Virus record (IMG/VR): IMGVR_UViG_3300019776_000078
Location: 3,384 to 67,383 of that record
Length of the DNA stretch: 64,000 bases
Reading direction: 5' to 3' (one strand)
From: a virus
Under the pieces are notes generated by a model. It did not search any database. It saw nothing but the letters and a program-made list of their open reading frames with translations, and had not been told where the DNA came from. Positions within the stretch are counted from its first letter, which is position 1; each line of letters opens with the position of its first letter. Below, in pieces: positions 46,610-54,827 of this stretch. The position numbers and the translations under genes are program-made.

Positions 46610-46714
46610 AAAGCCCTGTACTACATGGGGTCTGAATAGTTTTCTTATGTTTGGTTGGTGGCCGTTAAACATAAGCGAATGACCAAAATCAGACTCTATG
46701 TTCTACAGGGTTTT
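46610..46714 (+). ncRNA. c4-like antisense RNA
   Basis: Nested stems AAAGCCCTGTA/TACAGGGTTTT, CATGGGGTCTGA/TCAGACTCTATG and CTTATGTTT/AAACATAAG; unpaired TTGGTGGC and GACCAA are complementary to upstream GCCACCAA and TTGGTC. Confidence 0.7.
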
Positions 46715-47054
46715 ACCTTTCTGTGTGGTCTATGTGCAGGGAGGGGAAACCGCCGATCATCATAGGCCGAGAGACCAAGGACGTCCAACAGGGTCAAGCG
46801 TGGGTGGTAGTAGATAGAGCGCGTTGGGGGGAATCGAAAGATTTATAAGTCTGTCTAATGTGGATGTCGCCGAAGTGAACTCAGAGTGATGCCACCCCAC
46901 GAACCTAGTTACGACTGGGTTGGGGGGTGCTGTGTCATCAACCGAGTGAATCTAGAGTGATACGAGTACTACTATATGAAGTGTGATACAAGCGGGTCTG
47001 ATGGGATACGAGTAAAAGCGGGGAAGTTGTAAATAAAATAAAGAGGAGAAGATA

Positions 47055-47381
47055 ATGAGGAATAGACACGCAGAACTAATTCATGCTTGGGCAGAAGGCG
47101 CCGAGATTGAGCGCAGAGAAACCTATTGTAGATATCAAATGAATCAAGAGCCAATCATTGTCAGCGAAGAGTGGTTGCCATGCCCTAATCCATCATGGGT
47201 ATGGAACGAGGAATATCGCATTAAACCATCTCCAGTTCCAGATTATGTAAGCTATCTTTGCTTAAATTATCCGCACAAAGACCAGTGGTTTGAGTCAACT
47301 AAACCGTATCAACACGATTGCATTAAGATCACTCGAAACTTTAAAACATGGAAAATAACATCAGTGGAGATTGTCGGATGA
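47055..47381 (+). CDS. conserved phage hypothetical protein
   Basis: HAELIHAWAEGAEIE...PSW....EYRIKP; strong RBS. Confidence 0.65.
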   Translation: MRNRHAELIHAWAEGAEIERRETYCRYQMNQEPIIVSEEWLPCPNPSWVWNEEYRIKPSPVPDYVSYLCLNYPHKDQWFESTKPYQHDCIKITRNFKTWKITSVEIVG

Positions 47382-47563
47382 ACTACAGAGAAGAGATAAA
47401 GAAACAAGTTGGGATAATCCCTGATTCAATCAAACGGGGTTCGGTGCAACAATCTATACGTTGGAAAGAACAAGCCATGCAGTCCCTAAGGGTAGCCAAT
47501 AACCCAAAAGCGGGCGAGTATGAATTGAAGTTAGCATTAAACGCATTAACCAAATACAAATAA
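47378..47563 (+). CDS. hypothetical protein
   Basis: ATGA overlap start (MNYREE). Confidence 0.5.
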   Translation: MNYREEIKKQVGIIPDSIKRGSVQQSIRWKEQAMQSLRVANNPKAGEYELKLALNALTKYK

Positions 47564-47572
47564 GAGGAAACC

Positions 47573-48394
47573 ATGAAACTTTCACAGATTACACTTGATC
47601 CTAAACTGATGATGCGTGTTGCGCTCAATGACGAGATCATTGACGAGTATGCACAAGCGATGTTGGACGGCGATAAATTTCCGCCCATCGTGATTTTCAA
47701 TGACGGCGATAACAACTACTTAGTTGAGGGATTCAAACGCTACTACGCCTACAAAAAGTGCGGCATAGAACTAGTGGATGCCGACACTCGCATGGGAACT
47801 TACGATGATGCATTTGATTATGCGTTGACCGTAGCAAACCGCTTACATGGAGAACGCTATACGCCCGAAGACAAGCGTTATCAATTGCAGATGGCGTTAG
47901 ATGTGCCGCGCTATGCTAACAAATCAGACCGCGAACTTGCCCGCATTCTTAAAGTCTCCAACACTTTCGTATCCAAGATGCGTAAAGCAGAAGGTAAACA
48001 ACCGAAGGTGATTGAGACCACCCGTAATGGTAAGACTGTTAAAGTAAAGAACAACAAACCTGAGATAGAAGATGAACCAGAACCAATCCTTGAACAAGAA
48101 GACAAGATCCACGAAATTGCCGTGGAAATGCAGGGCGTTATCGAGGAGAACGAAAAGTTACAGAATCGTTTGGCTGTGGCTGCGATGGAGGCTACGGATG
48201 AAGAGAAACAGTTGGCAAAAAGTCTTCTCGAAGATAAAGACGAGAAGATTAAACAACTCGAAGCGGATCTCCGTGTATACAAAGCGTCCAGTGATACATT
48301 CCAAGCTCAACTAGCAGAAGCCATCAAACAATGCAAGTATTGGGAACGCCGTGCCAAGAAAGCAGAAAATATGCTCAATAAACAAGCAGCGTAG
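47573..48394 (+). CDS. ParB/Srx-like N-terminal domain protein with HTH and coiled coil
   Basis: FPPIVIF...YLVEGFKRY.A; SDRELARILKVSNTFVSKMR HTH. Confidence 0.75.
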   Translation: MKLSQITLDPKLMMRVALNDEIIDEYAQAMLDGDKFPPIVIFNDGDNNYLVEGFKRYYAYKKCGIELVDADTRMGTYDDAFDYALTVANRLHGERYTPEDKRYQLQMALDVPRYANKSDRELARILKVSNTFVSKMRKAEGKQPKVIETTRNGKTVKVKNNKPEIEDEPEPILEQEDKIHEIAVEMQGVIEENEKLQNRLAVAAMEATDEEKQLAKSLLEDKDEKIKQLEADLRVYKASSDTFQAQLAEAIKQCKYWERRAKKAENMLNKQAA

Positions 48395-48441
48395 GGTTAA
48401 TCCTAGTGTTTGTAAAAGTAGTAAAAGAGTAAGATTTTCAC

Positions 48442-48550
48442 ATGGGGGGCGCAGTCGGCTCGGCGACTTAAAATAGCCTGTATCCTTTTGGTTTAGAAAA
48501 GTGCTTCACGTACACTTGCCCCCCATCCCCGATAGCAGGCGGTATCCTGC
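48442..48550 (+). ncRNA. candidate structured cis element upstream of the helicase
   Basis: ATGGGGGGC/GCCCCCCAT closing stem enclosing AGTCG/CGACT and CTTTT/AAAAG hairpins; then GCAGG/CCTGC hairpin. Confidence 0.45.
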
Positions 48551-48568
48551 ATAGTTACAGAGGATAAG

Positions 48569-50053
48569 ATGTTAGAGCTAAGGCCACATCAGGAAGAAGT
48601 TGTCGAGAAACTCAGAGAAGGTTTCAGGCAAGGACACAGATGCCAGTTGCTATATGCACCAACTGGATTCGGAAAAACAGAAGTAGCGATGGCGATTATG
48701 AAAGCCGTTGCACAGAAGTACAAGAAGTGTGCGATGGTGCTAGACCGTATCGTTTTAGTAGACCAAACCAGCCGCCGCTTAACTAAGTATGGGATCGAAC
48801 ATGGCGTCATGCAAGCAGGCCATTGGAGATACAGACCATTCGAGCATATCCAAGTCTGCTCTGCTCAAACCCTAGAACGCAGAGAAGTATTCCCTGAGAT
48901 TGATCTTCTCATCGTTGATGAGTGCCATATCACCCGCCGTGGTGTCGTTAAATTTATTAGGGAAAACCCTCAGATCAAAGTTATTGGTCTGACCGCTACT
49001 CCGTTTACCAAAGGGCTTGGAGATATTTACTCCCATGTAGTCGGTGCTACCCCTACTGGAGACCTAATTGATAAGGGCTGGCTAGTTCCACTCAAGATTT
49101 ATGTTGCCAAAGAGATTGACATGACGGGCGTTAAGAAGCGGGCTGGTGAGTGGGCGGCAGAAGATGTCCAAGAACGGGGTTTAAAGATCGTTGGAGACGT
49201 TGTTCGCAGTTGGCATGAGAAGACCCATGAAATCTTTGGAAAACCCGTCAAAACCATCGTATTCTGCGCTGGCGTTGAACACGGCAGAGCATTGGTAGAA
49301 CAGTTTGCTAAAGCAGGATACAACTTTGTCTCTATTTCCTATAAGGAAGACGATCAATATAAGAAGGACATGATCGAAGAGTTCAGCAAACCGGATACTG
49401 AGATTCATGGATTGATTGCGACTGACATCCTGACCCGTGGTTTTGATGTTACCGATGTGATGATTGGCGTATCAGCCCGTCCATTCTCCAAGTCATTCAG
49501 TTCCCATGTTCAGCAGATGGGGCGTGTCATGCGTACCCATGAAGGTAAAGAGTTCGGTGTTTGGTTAGATCATTCTGGAAACTTTCTGAGATTTAGAAAG
49601 GATTGGGATCGTGTTTTCTATGAGGGCGTATCTCAACTCAAAGAAGATTCGATTGAGAGAACCAAGAAAGAACCGACAGAAAAGGAAAAGAAAGAGTCCG
49701 TCTGTCCTGCCTGTAAGGTCTTATGGACTTTCCCTGACAATAAGTGCGGTGCTTGTGGCTACGTCAAGATCAGTAAAAAACACTTACAGATGGTCAATGG
49801 TGAGCTTCTGGAGCTGGCCGCAACCAATCAGCAATCGTTCAATCACAACAAGCATTTCTATTCTGAGTTGGTGTACTACGCCAGACAGAAGGGATTTAAG
49901 GATGGCTGGGCAAAGCACAAATACAAAGAGAAGTTCGGTGTCTTTCCTAAAGCCATTCCCGTAGAAGTTCGGCCTACTTCTGTTACCACTCTCAAGTGGA
50001 TCAAGAGTAGATTTATAGCGTATAACAAATCAAAAGTGAGACTAGCAGCATGA
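48569..50053 (+). CDS. superfamily 2 DNA helicase
   Basis: LRPHQ, APTGFGKT, DECH, GLTATP, LTRGFD, QMGRVMR; C-terminal Zn ribbon. Confidence 0.9.
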   Translation: MLELRPHQEEVVEKLREGFRQGHRCQLLYAPTGFGKTEVAMAIMKAVAQKYKKCAMVLDRIVLVDQTSRRLTKYGIEHGVMQAGHWRYRPFEHIQVCSAQTLERREVFPEIDLLIVDECHITRRGVVKFIRENPQIKVIGLTATPFTKGLGDIYSHVVGATPTGDLIDKGWLVPLKIYVAKEIDMTGVKKRAGEWAAEDVQERGLKIVGDVVRSWHEKTHEIFGKPVKTIVFCAGVEHGRALVEQFAKAGYNFVSISYKEDDQYKKDMIEEFSKPDTEIHGLIATDILTRGFDVTDVMIGVSARPFSKSFSSHVQQMGRVMRTHEGKEFGVWLDHSGNFLRFRKDWDRVFYEGVSQLKEDSIERTKKEPTEKEKKESVCPACKVLWTFPDNKCGACGYVKISKKHLQMVNGELLELAATNQQSFNHNKHFYSELVYYARQKGFKDGWAKHKYKEKFGVFPKAIPVEVRPTSVTTLKWIKSRFIAYNKSKVRLAA

Positions 50054-50226
50054 GAAATAGAGAACTAAATGAGTACTTCAATATGACCCAACAAGAGATC
50101 GGCGAGGCGATGGACTTAACCAGAGAGAATACTTCTGCGATTGAGAAGAGTGCGCTCAAGAAACTGAGAAAGCTGTTAGAAGAGAAGGGCTATAAAGCAT
50201 CGGACTTCATAGGTGGAATGGCATGA
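50050..50226 (+). CDS. sigma70 region-4-like HTH protein, 58 aa (absent from ORF track)
   Basis: Manually translated ...MTQQEIGEAMDLTRENTSAIEKSALKKLRK... Confidence 0.7.
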   Translation: MRNRELNEYFNMTQQEIGEAMDLTRENTSAIEKSALKKLRKLLEEKGYKASDFIGGMA

Positions 50227-51038
50227 GTTTTCAGTCATTTGCCGAGCAACATGGGCTAATCATCGATCATTTGGTCTATGACAAATGGACTAGGGTTCCT
50301 ACCCTAGACCATCCTAAGAAAAAGAATGGTTCTTATATCTATGATGGTAAGTCGGGCGCGGTTCTGAATTGGGCTGTGCATGAGAAAGCAATCGTATGGA
50401 AAGGAGAAGCAAAAAATGATCCCTTATACAGAGCTAAGGTACACAAAGCCAAGCAGGATACTGAGAAGCGCAATCAGGAGGCGGCATCCAAAGCTGGCTG
50501 GATTCTTAAGAAAGCGGTTAAATCTACTCATCTTTACTTAGCTAAGAAAGGTTTCCCTGATGAGCAAGCATTGGTCTGGGATGGGTTGTTGGTGATTCCG
50601 ATGCGGATCAACGAGGAGTTGGCTGGCCTCCAGCTGATCGATGCGGAGGGGAGTAAGAAGTTTCTATCCGGTCAAAAGAACAAGGGCGCAGTAGCAATCT
50701 TTGATAACAAGGGAGTCCCGATTCTGTGTGAAGGATACGCTACTGCCATGTCCATTAGACGGGCTTTAAAAGCCGTTAAAACACGCTACAAGATCATTGT
50801 TTGTTTTTCGGCTAGTAACCTTAAGCATTGTTCTCAAGAGCATCCTGACTGCATTATCGTTGCTGATAACGACAAGGTTGGTATCAGGGTAGCCAAGGAA
50901 TCAGGAAGGCCGTTCTTTGTGCCTCCTAATCACAAGGAAGATTTTAACGACTATGAGCTAAGAGTAGGTGCTGAAAAGGCGGGAAAAGCCCTCATTGGAG
51001 TCGGTCTGAAGCAGGCTGAACAAATACAGACTCAGTAA
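50223..51038 (+). CDS. primase-like Toprim protein
   Basis: YLAKKG, LVIPM, LQLID..G.KKFL.G, CEGYATA, IVADND, DFND. Confidence 0.8.
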   Translation: MSFQSFAEQHGLIIDHLVYDKWTRVPTLDHPKKKNGSYIYDGKSGAVLNWAVHEKAIVWKGEAKNDPLYRAKVHKAKQDTEKRNQEAASKAGWILKKAVKSTHLYLAKKGFPDEQALVWDGLLVIPMRINEELAGLQLIDAEGSKKFLSGQKNKGAVAIFDNKGVPILCEGYATAMSIRRALKAVKTRYKIIVCFSASNLKHCSQEHPDCIIVADNDKVGIRVAKESGRPFFVPPNHKEDFNDYELRVGAEKAGKALIGVGLKQAEQIQTQ

Positions 51039-51040
51039 CT

Positions 51041-51110
51041 AAAAAAACCCCATCAGTAGCAGAGAGTTCTCGCATAATTGAATCTGCTAGAACCAAAGAC
51101 TGAATGGGGT
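51041..51110 (-). terminator. complex stem-loop / terminator at the convergent junction
   Basis: ACCCCATCAGT...ACTGAATGGGGT outer stem, TAGCAGA/TCTGCTA inner stem; U7 tail on the minus strand. Confidence 0.55.
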
Positions 51111-51134
51111 CTCCGATACATTCAACGGATACTT

Positions 51135-51395
51135 CTACTTTGCCAGCTTTCTCGGCATCTCGGAGGTAAATGATAGTAGCGTTAATCTCGGTCTCCTTAA
51201 AGCCTGACCCTCAATAAGTTTCGGGAAGGCGGTCAATAGCGTCTCTCTGTTCGTATCATCAGCTAGTATTGCAGCTTCAGCCATTCTACCCCAAAACCCG
51301 CCCTGTTTAACCATTTTGTGCCAGTGTGGTAATAACTGATCTCTATTTACGCTAGGCATAATGCGACTGCCATGAGAGCAAATAGAAAAGCGCAT
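51135..51395 (-). CDS. hypothetical early protein (GGF..xxAxA...AD..N...L..AFP family)
   Basis: Recognisable small phage motif. Confidence 0.55.
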   Translation of the reverse strand: MRFSICSHGSRIMPSVNRDQLLPHWHKMVKQGGFWGRMAEAAILADDTNRETLLTAFPKLIEGQALRRPRLTLLSFTSEMPRKLAK

Positions 51396-51404
51396 ATCAC
51401 ATCA

Positions 51405-51611
51405 TCAGGCTTTAGATCGTGCATTTTTAACTCCTATTCCATGTGCGTGTTCAATCCGTCTCACGAAATCGATCAACGGGTTTGGCCTTGATTGGGTAGC
51501 AATATCAAAATAAATAGCCTCAATCTCCTTGATGGTAAGGGGAGCGGAATACTCCACCTTTTCCAGCTTGGCTAAGTTTTCAAAGAATTGCCTTTCGTTA
51601 CTCGTCATCAT
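51405..51611 (-). CDS. hypothetical early protein
   Basis: LT..EI...FVRRIEHAHGIG motif. Confidence 0.55.
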   Translation of the reverse strand: MMTSNERQFFENLAKLEKVEYSAPLTIKEIEAIYFDIATQSRPNPLIDFVRRIEHAHGIGVKNARSKA

Positions 51612-51780
51612 CTAACTCCGATTCAATGTCAGTAACCTCAGTATATTCTGACAAATCCCCGATGTCATTCTGAAATTCATCATAGGCTACCCCCTCCGCC
51701 TCCTCATAATCTGGAGCCATGACAAAGTAGGTTTTCGTCCCGCTAAAGTGCATCTTTACTGCATAACCTTTCATTCTCAT
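51598..51780 (-). CDS. small acidic early protein
   Basis: GGAGG RBS; V.A.DYEEA..A pattern. Confidence 0.55.
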   Translation of the reverse strand: MRMKGYAVKMHFSGTKTYFVMAPDYEEAEGVAYDEFQNDIGDLSEYTEVTDIESELDDDE

Positions 51781-51923
51781 ACATCCTCCTTGTGTTTCTT
51801 TGCGTTTATGTACCCCTCTACAAAAATTTCTCTGTCGTAATCACTTAGGGGAGTATTGTCCCCAAACTTAGATTGTTCCCACTCATAAAACGCTCTATTA
51901 GCCTCCGCAATTAAGTTGTTCAT
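51777..51923 (-). CDS. hypothetical early protein
   Basis: Probable start MNNLIAE. Confidence 0.45.
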   Translation of the reverse strand: MNNLIAEANRAFYEWEQSKFGDNTPLSDYDREIFVEGYINAKKHKEDV

Positions 51924-52147
51924 ACTTTCCCCTTTAGGTGTTGTGATGTCGTTGATGAATTGGTCGAATCCCCAAAGCCAATTTGTTTGCATAATTTATC
52001 CTCTTTCATTCGTGTGTAATAAAGGTTTTTTTCAATGACCGCTTTGTACTCAGGAGGACTAAGCCTGACCCTCTCTTCTAAAAATTTAATGCACTCTCGA
52101 ACATTTACGAGAGACCTAATCTTTTCCTTGCGTTCTATATTATTCAT
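51920..52147 (-). CDS. hypothetical early protein
   Basis: GGAG RBS; operon packing. Confidence 0.45.
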   Translation of the reverse strand: MNNIERKEKIRSLVNVRECIKFLEERVRLSPPEYKAVIEKNLYYTRMKEDKLCKQIGFGDSTNSSTTSQHLKGKV

Positions 52148-52371
52148 ACGATCTCCACAATTCTATAATCGTTGCGATCTTCTGGACTTTCAATATTGCC
52201 CTCCTCGTACTCCCACTGCATTTCTTCCAAAAAATCATCTAAAGCGTTTTTAGCGTACTCAAAAGTGCTAAAAGTCTCTGGTACTCTTTCGTCAGTATCG
52301 CCCTCCCAGCAAGTCCAAGTGTTAATCCAGCCATCACATAAAGTGAAGTGTTGTATTTCAAATTTAGACAT
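52144..52371 (-). CDS. acidic early protein (TLCDGWINTW family)
   Basis: GAGGAG RBS before MSKFE. Confidence 0.6.
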   Translation of the reverse strand: MSKFEIQHFTLCDGWINTWTCWEGDTDERVPETFSTFEYAKNALDDFLEEMQWEYEEGNIESPEDRNDYRIVEIV

Positions 52372-52558
52372 TTTCAATCTCCTCAATTTCATGGGTATCT
52401 TCTTCTCCGTAAACTACTCGGCTATCAACATAATCCCCTTTAGCAAACTTCTTATATGCGTTCTTTTCTGCATCGTATTCGCTTTTGGCGGTTACTTCTA
52501 CATCGTAAACAGTGGTTTCATTACGAGCAATCCTGACAATATATTTATTCATCATCAT
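52364..52558 (-). CDS. small acidic early protein
   Basis: VEVTAKSEYDAE pattern similar to 51598..51780. Confidence 0.55.
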   Translation of the reverse strand: MMMNKYIVRIARNETTVYDVEVTAKSEYDAEKNAYKKFAKGDYVDSRVVYGEEDTHEIEEIENV

Positions 52559-52835
52559 TCTCCAATACGGTAATTAGTTTCTCGGCTTGTTCTTCGGTAT
52601 CGCACCGCTTAATTAAGTCATCACCATTAACATGGGAAAATAAAACTTCCCATTTGCCATTTCGTTCAACTGCTATATACATCGCCATTTCACTTCTCCT
52701 CTTAATAAGCCTGACCCTCAATAGCTTTCTGCTACGAGAAATACAAGCGGTTTAACAAATAGCCTCCTGCTGCTTGATACATACTTCAAAAAATCATCAC
52801 TCAAGTGATGAGTAAAACATAGGGTAAACCCTATC

Positions 52836-52864
52836 CTCAAGCCCTCAAGTCTAAGGGCTTTGAG
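52836..52864. terminator. hairpin, possible terminator/processing site
   Basis: AAGCCCT-N8-AGGGCTT with CTCA/TGAG extension, just after the stop of 52872..53180. Confidence 0.4.
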
Positions 52865-52871
52865 ATAGTGT

Positions 52872-53180
52872 CTATCCCTCAATTGCGTTGTGTTTCATTA
52901 AAGCAATTTTCTGCGCTGGTTGTAATGGGTAATCAAATTCTGCGGGGTCGTACTCTTGAGCCATAATCTGCCCGTATTGATAGCCTATTTGCTCTAGGTG
53001 TTCCCCTAGGGTTCCATCTAAAGCCCATCTATAAGCCTTAGAATAGAATAGGTTTATGGCCTGTTCCTTTGTATATCCAGCACGAATAAACCCGTTAATA
53101 AGTGCATTTCCTACAATGTAGGCGGGGCGCTCGTATGAGTAAGCGTCTTCTAAAATGCCCTGTCCTGTGAAATCTTCCAT
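52872..53180 (-). CDS. hypothetical early protein
   Basis: 102-aa ORF with RBS. Confidence 0.55.
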   Translation of the reverse strand: MEDFTGQGILEDAYSYERPAYIVGNALINGFIRAGYTKEQAINLFYSKAYRWALDGTLGEHLEQIGYQYGQIMAQEYDPAEFDYPLQPAQKIALMKHNAIEG

Positions 53181-53608
53181 TATTTCAATCCCTTATTAAA
53201 GTTTTGCAAATACTCCATGATCGGTAAAACTTGGTATTTCTTAAGGTTTACGGCTTGCGCTACTTGCTCGCTAAATGTTTCTAATACGGCTACCTGATCG
53301 GCTCGCCTAACGATTACCCATGAAGTCATTTAAGCCCCCTATAAATTGCTATAAATTCGGCTACTTGTTGGGCGGTCAATATGCCCTTAGCGTAAGCCCT
53401 TGTGAGCGTGTAATGCGTCCATTGGTGGTTAGTCATGCTGGAATCCTCCTATCGTTAATAGCGCGCTTAATCCGTTGCTTAATCTCGCGCATGGTATAAT
53501 CGTAAAAAGTAACCCCGAAGCGGTCAGAATCCCCGCTACAAGTAGCACTTATTGACCCGTTAGGGTTGCGGTTAAACATGATGTAGTAATCCTTGAACCA
53601 AAAGTTTT

Positions 53609-53806
53609 TCATGCTCTCTGCTCCTGATTGCCTAATAAGATATTTACAAGGTCGGTAGTGGATTTATAAGCAAGTATCTGCAAGTGCGGATCAGTAAGCC
53701 CGCTCATAAAATCGTCTGCGTCCTGTTCAGTATTGAACGCCCTTATAAGGTCTTTATGCGTCCAAGAGTTGTAGCCCCGCGCTATGTATAGTTTTCTCAT
53801 GTTCAT
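53609..53806 (-). CDS. hypothetical early protein
   Basis: Probable start MNMRK after AAGGGG. Confidence 0.45.
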   Translation of the reverse strand: MNMRKLYIARGYNSWTHKDLIRAFNTEQDADDFMSGLTDPHLQILAYKSTTDLVNILLGNQEQRA

Positions 53807-53810
53807 CCCC

Positions 53811-54146
53811 TTAAAACTGTTGGAATAGAAATACACCCTCGGACGGTTCCCCGATAAGCAAGGTGTGATCGTTTAGATAATTCATTACTGCCTCTTTTAC
53901 TTCTTCTTCTGTTGGCTCTTCACTGTCGCACTCAATGGGATAGCAGTTGAAAATATCTCCGACTTCCATTTCTGAATAATCGCAACATAACGCGATAACA
54001 TCCAGTTCGACCTGTTCGCCCGTATCTTCTTCGTACTGCTCGAGCCAGTCAAAAAGCATAGTTAAGGCCTCATAAGAAAACTGGTTCCCTCTGTCCATGC
54101 TTTGAAATGCGTTTCTAAAGTCATAGTAATTAACGGTCTGTATCAT
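53811..54146 (-). CDS. highly acidic conserved early protein
   Basis: FSYEAL..LFDWLE...ELDVIALCCDYSE; AAAGAGGAG RBS. Confidence 0.65.
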   Translation of the reverse strand: MIQTVNYYDFRNAFQSMDRGNQFSYEALTMLFDWLEQYEEDTGEQVELDVIALCCDYSEMEVGDIFNCYPIECDSEEPTEEEVKEAVMNYLNDHTLLIGEPSEGVFLFQQF

Positions 54147-54185
54147 GGTATTTCTCCTCTTTGGTTGTGAAATTGGCTCGGCTGC

Positions 54186-54449
54186 CTAAGCGTTTTCTGC
54201 TGCGGGGTGTTGCAATTTATAAGTAAGATCTGCCAATCCATTCATGCAATCCTTACAGTCGCATGGCATTACTTCGATTTTGGAAGCCCGCTTTAATTCC
54301 TGCATGGTGTCAAATCCTTTGGTATGGCATAGATCATCTGTAAACCTAAAGCCATAAGGCAAATTGAGAATGTAACTTCCCATGCCTTCTCCATCTTCTG
54401 GACATCCATCTACATCTACATCCCGCTTAATATCCAGCTTATATCGCAT
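54186..54449 (-). CDS. hypothetical early protein with CxCxxC
   Basis: AAGGAGG RBS; PCDCKDC. Confidence 0.6.
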   Translation of the reverse strand: MRYKLDIKRDVDVDGCPEDGEGMGSYILNLPYGFRFTDDLCHTKGFDTMQELKRASKIEVMPCDCKDCMNGLADLTYKLQHPAAENA

Positions 54450-54466
54450 AAAATCCTCCTTTAATT

Positions 54467-54517
54467 GATCTCATCAGTTAGCGCATAACGCTAAGACGGG
54501 ACAAGCCCGTTTCGATC
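54467..54517 (-). ncRNA. type II hammerhead ribozyme
   Basis: Minus strand GAUC-GAAA-CGGG-cuugu-CCCG-UC-UUAGCG-uuaug-CGCUAA-CUGAUGA-GAUC: complete catalytic core, three stems and a GUC cleavage triplet. Confidence 0.9.
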
Positions 54518-54519
54518 TT

Positions 54520-54780
54520 TTAGCCCTCAAATACGGGGCTATTGTCATAATTCATATTGGATAAGACTTCATCAAGGCCGCTATAACCTAGTGCCTTAGC
54601 CTCTAGGTCTGCCGCTTGTGCAAGGGTTAAACCCTCGGCATTGTGGAAAGTGTCAGGGACAGAACCAAAAAATTCCATATAGAATGATTCAAGCTGTTCA
54701 GCTGGTAATTCCATTGTTGCCAATACTAAGCAAGGGTTAGCAACATGGGAAAGCAAGTTTTTAATGATCTCTTTTTGCAT
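54520..54780 (-). CDS. hypothetical protein, first early gene
   Basis: AAGGA RBS; downstream of a predicted promoter. Confidence 0.55.
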   Translation of the reverse strand: MQKEIIKNLLSHVANPCLVLATMELPAEQLESFYMEFFGSVPDTFHNAEGLTLAQAADLEAKALGYSGLDEVLSNMNYDNSPVFEG

Positions 54781-54827
54781 GATAGATTCCTTTATTTATA
54801 AGGGTTTGCTGGTTGTTTACTTATTAC

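Noticed and set aside
48453-48480. Definite pistol ribozyme call
   Set aside because: The pseudoknot partner and downstream conserved GCG/GU elements are not found, so it is kept only as an unclassified structured element
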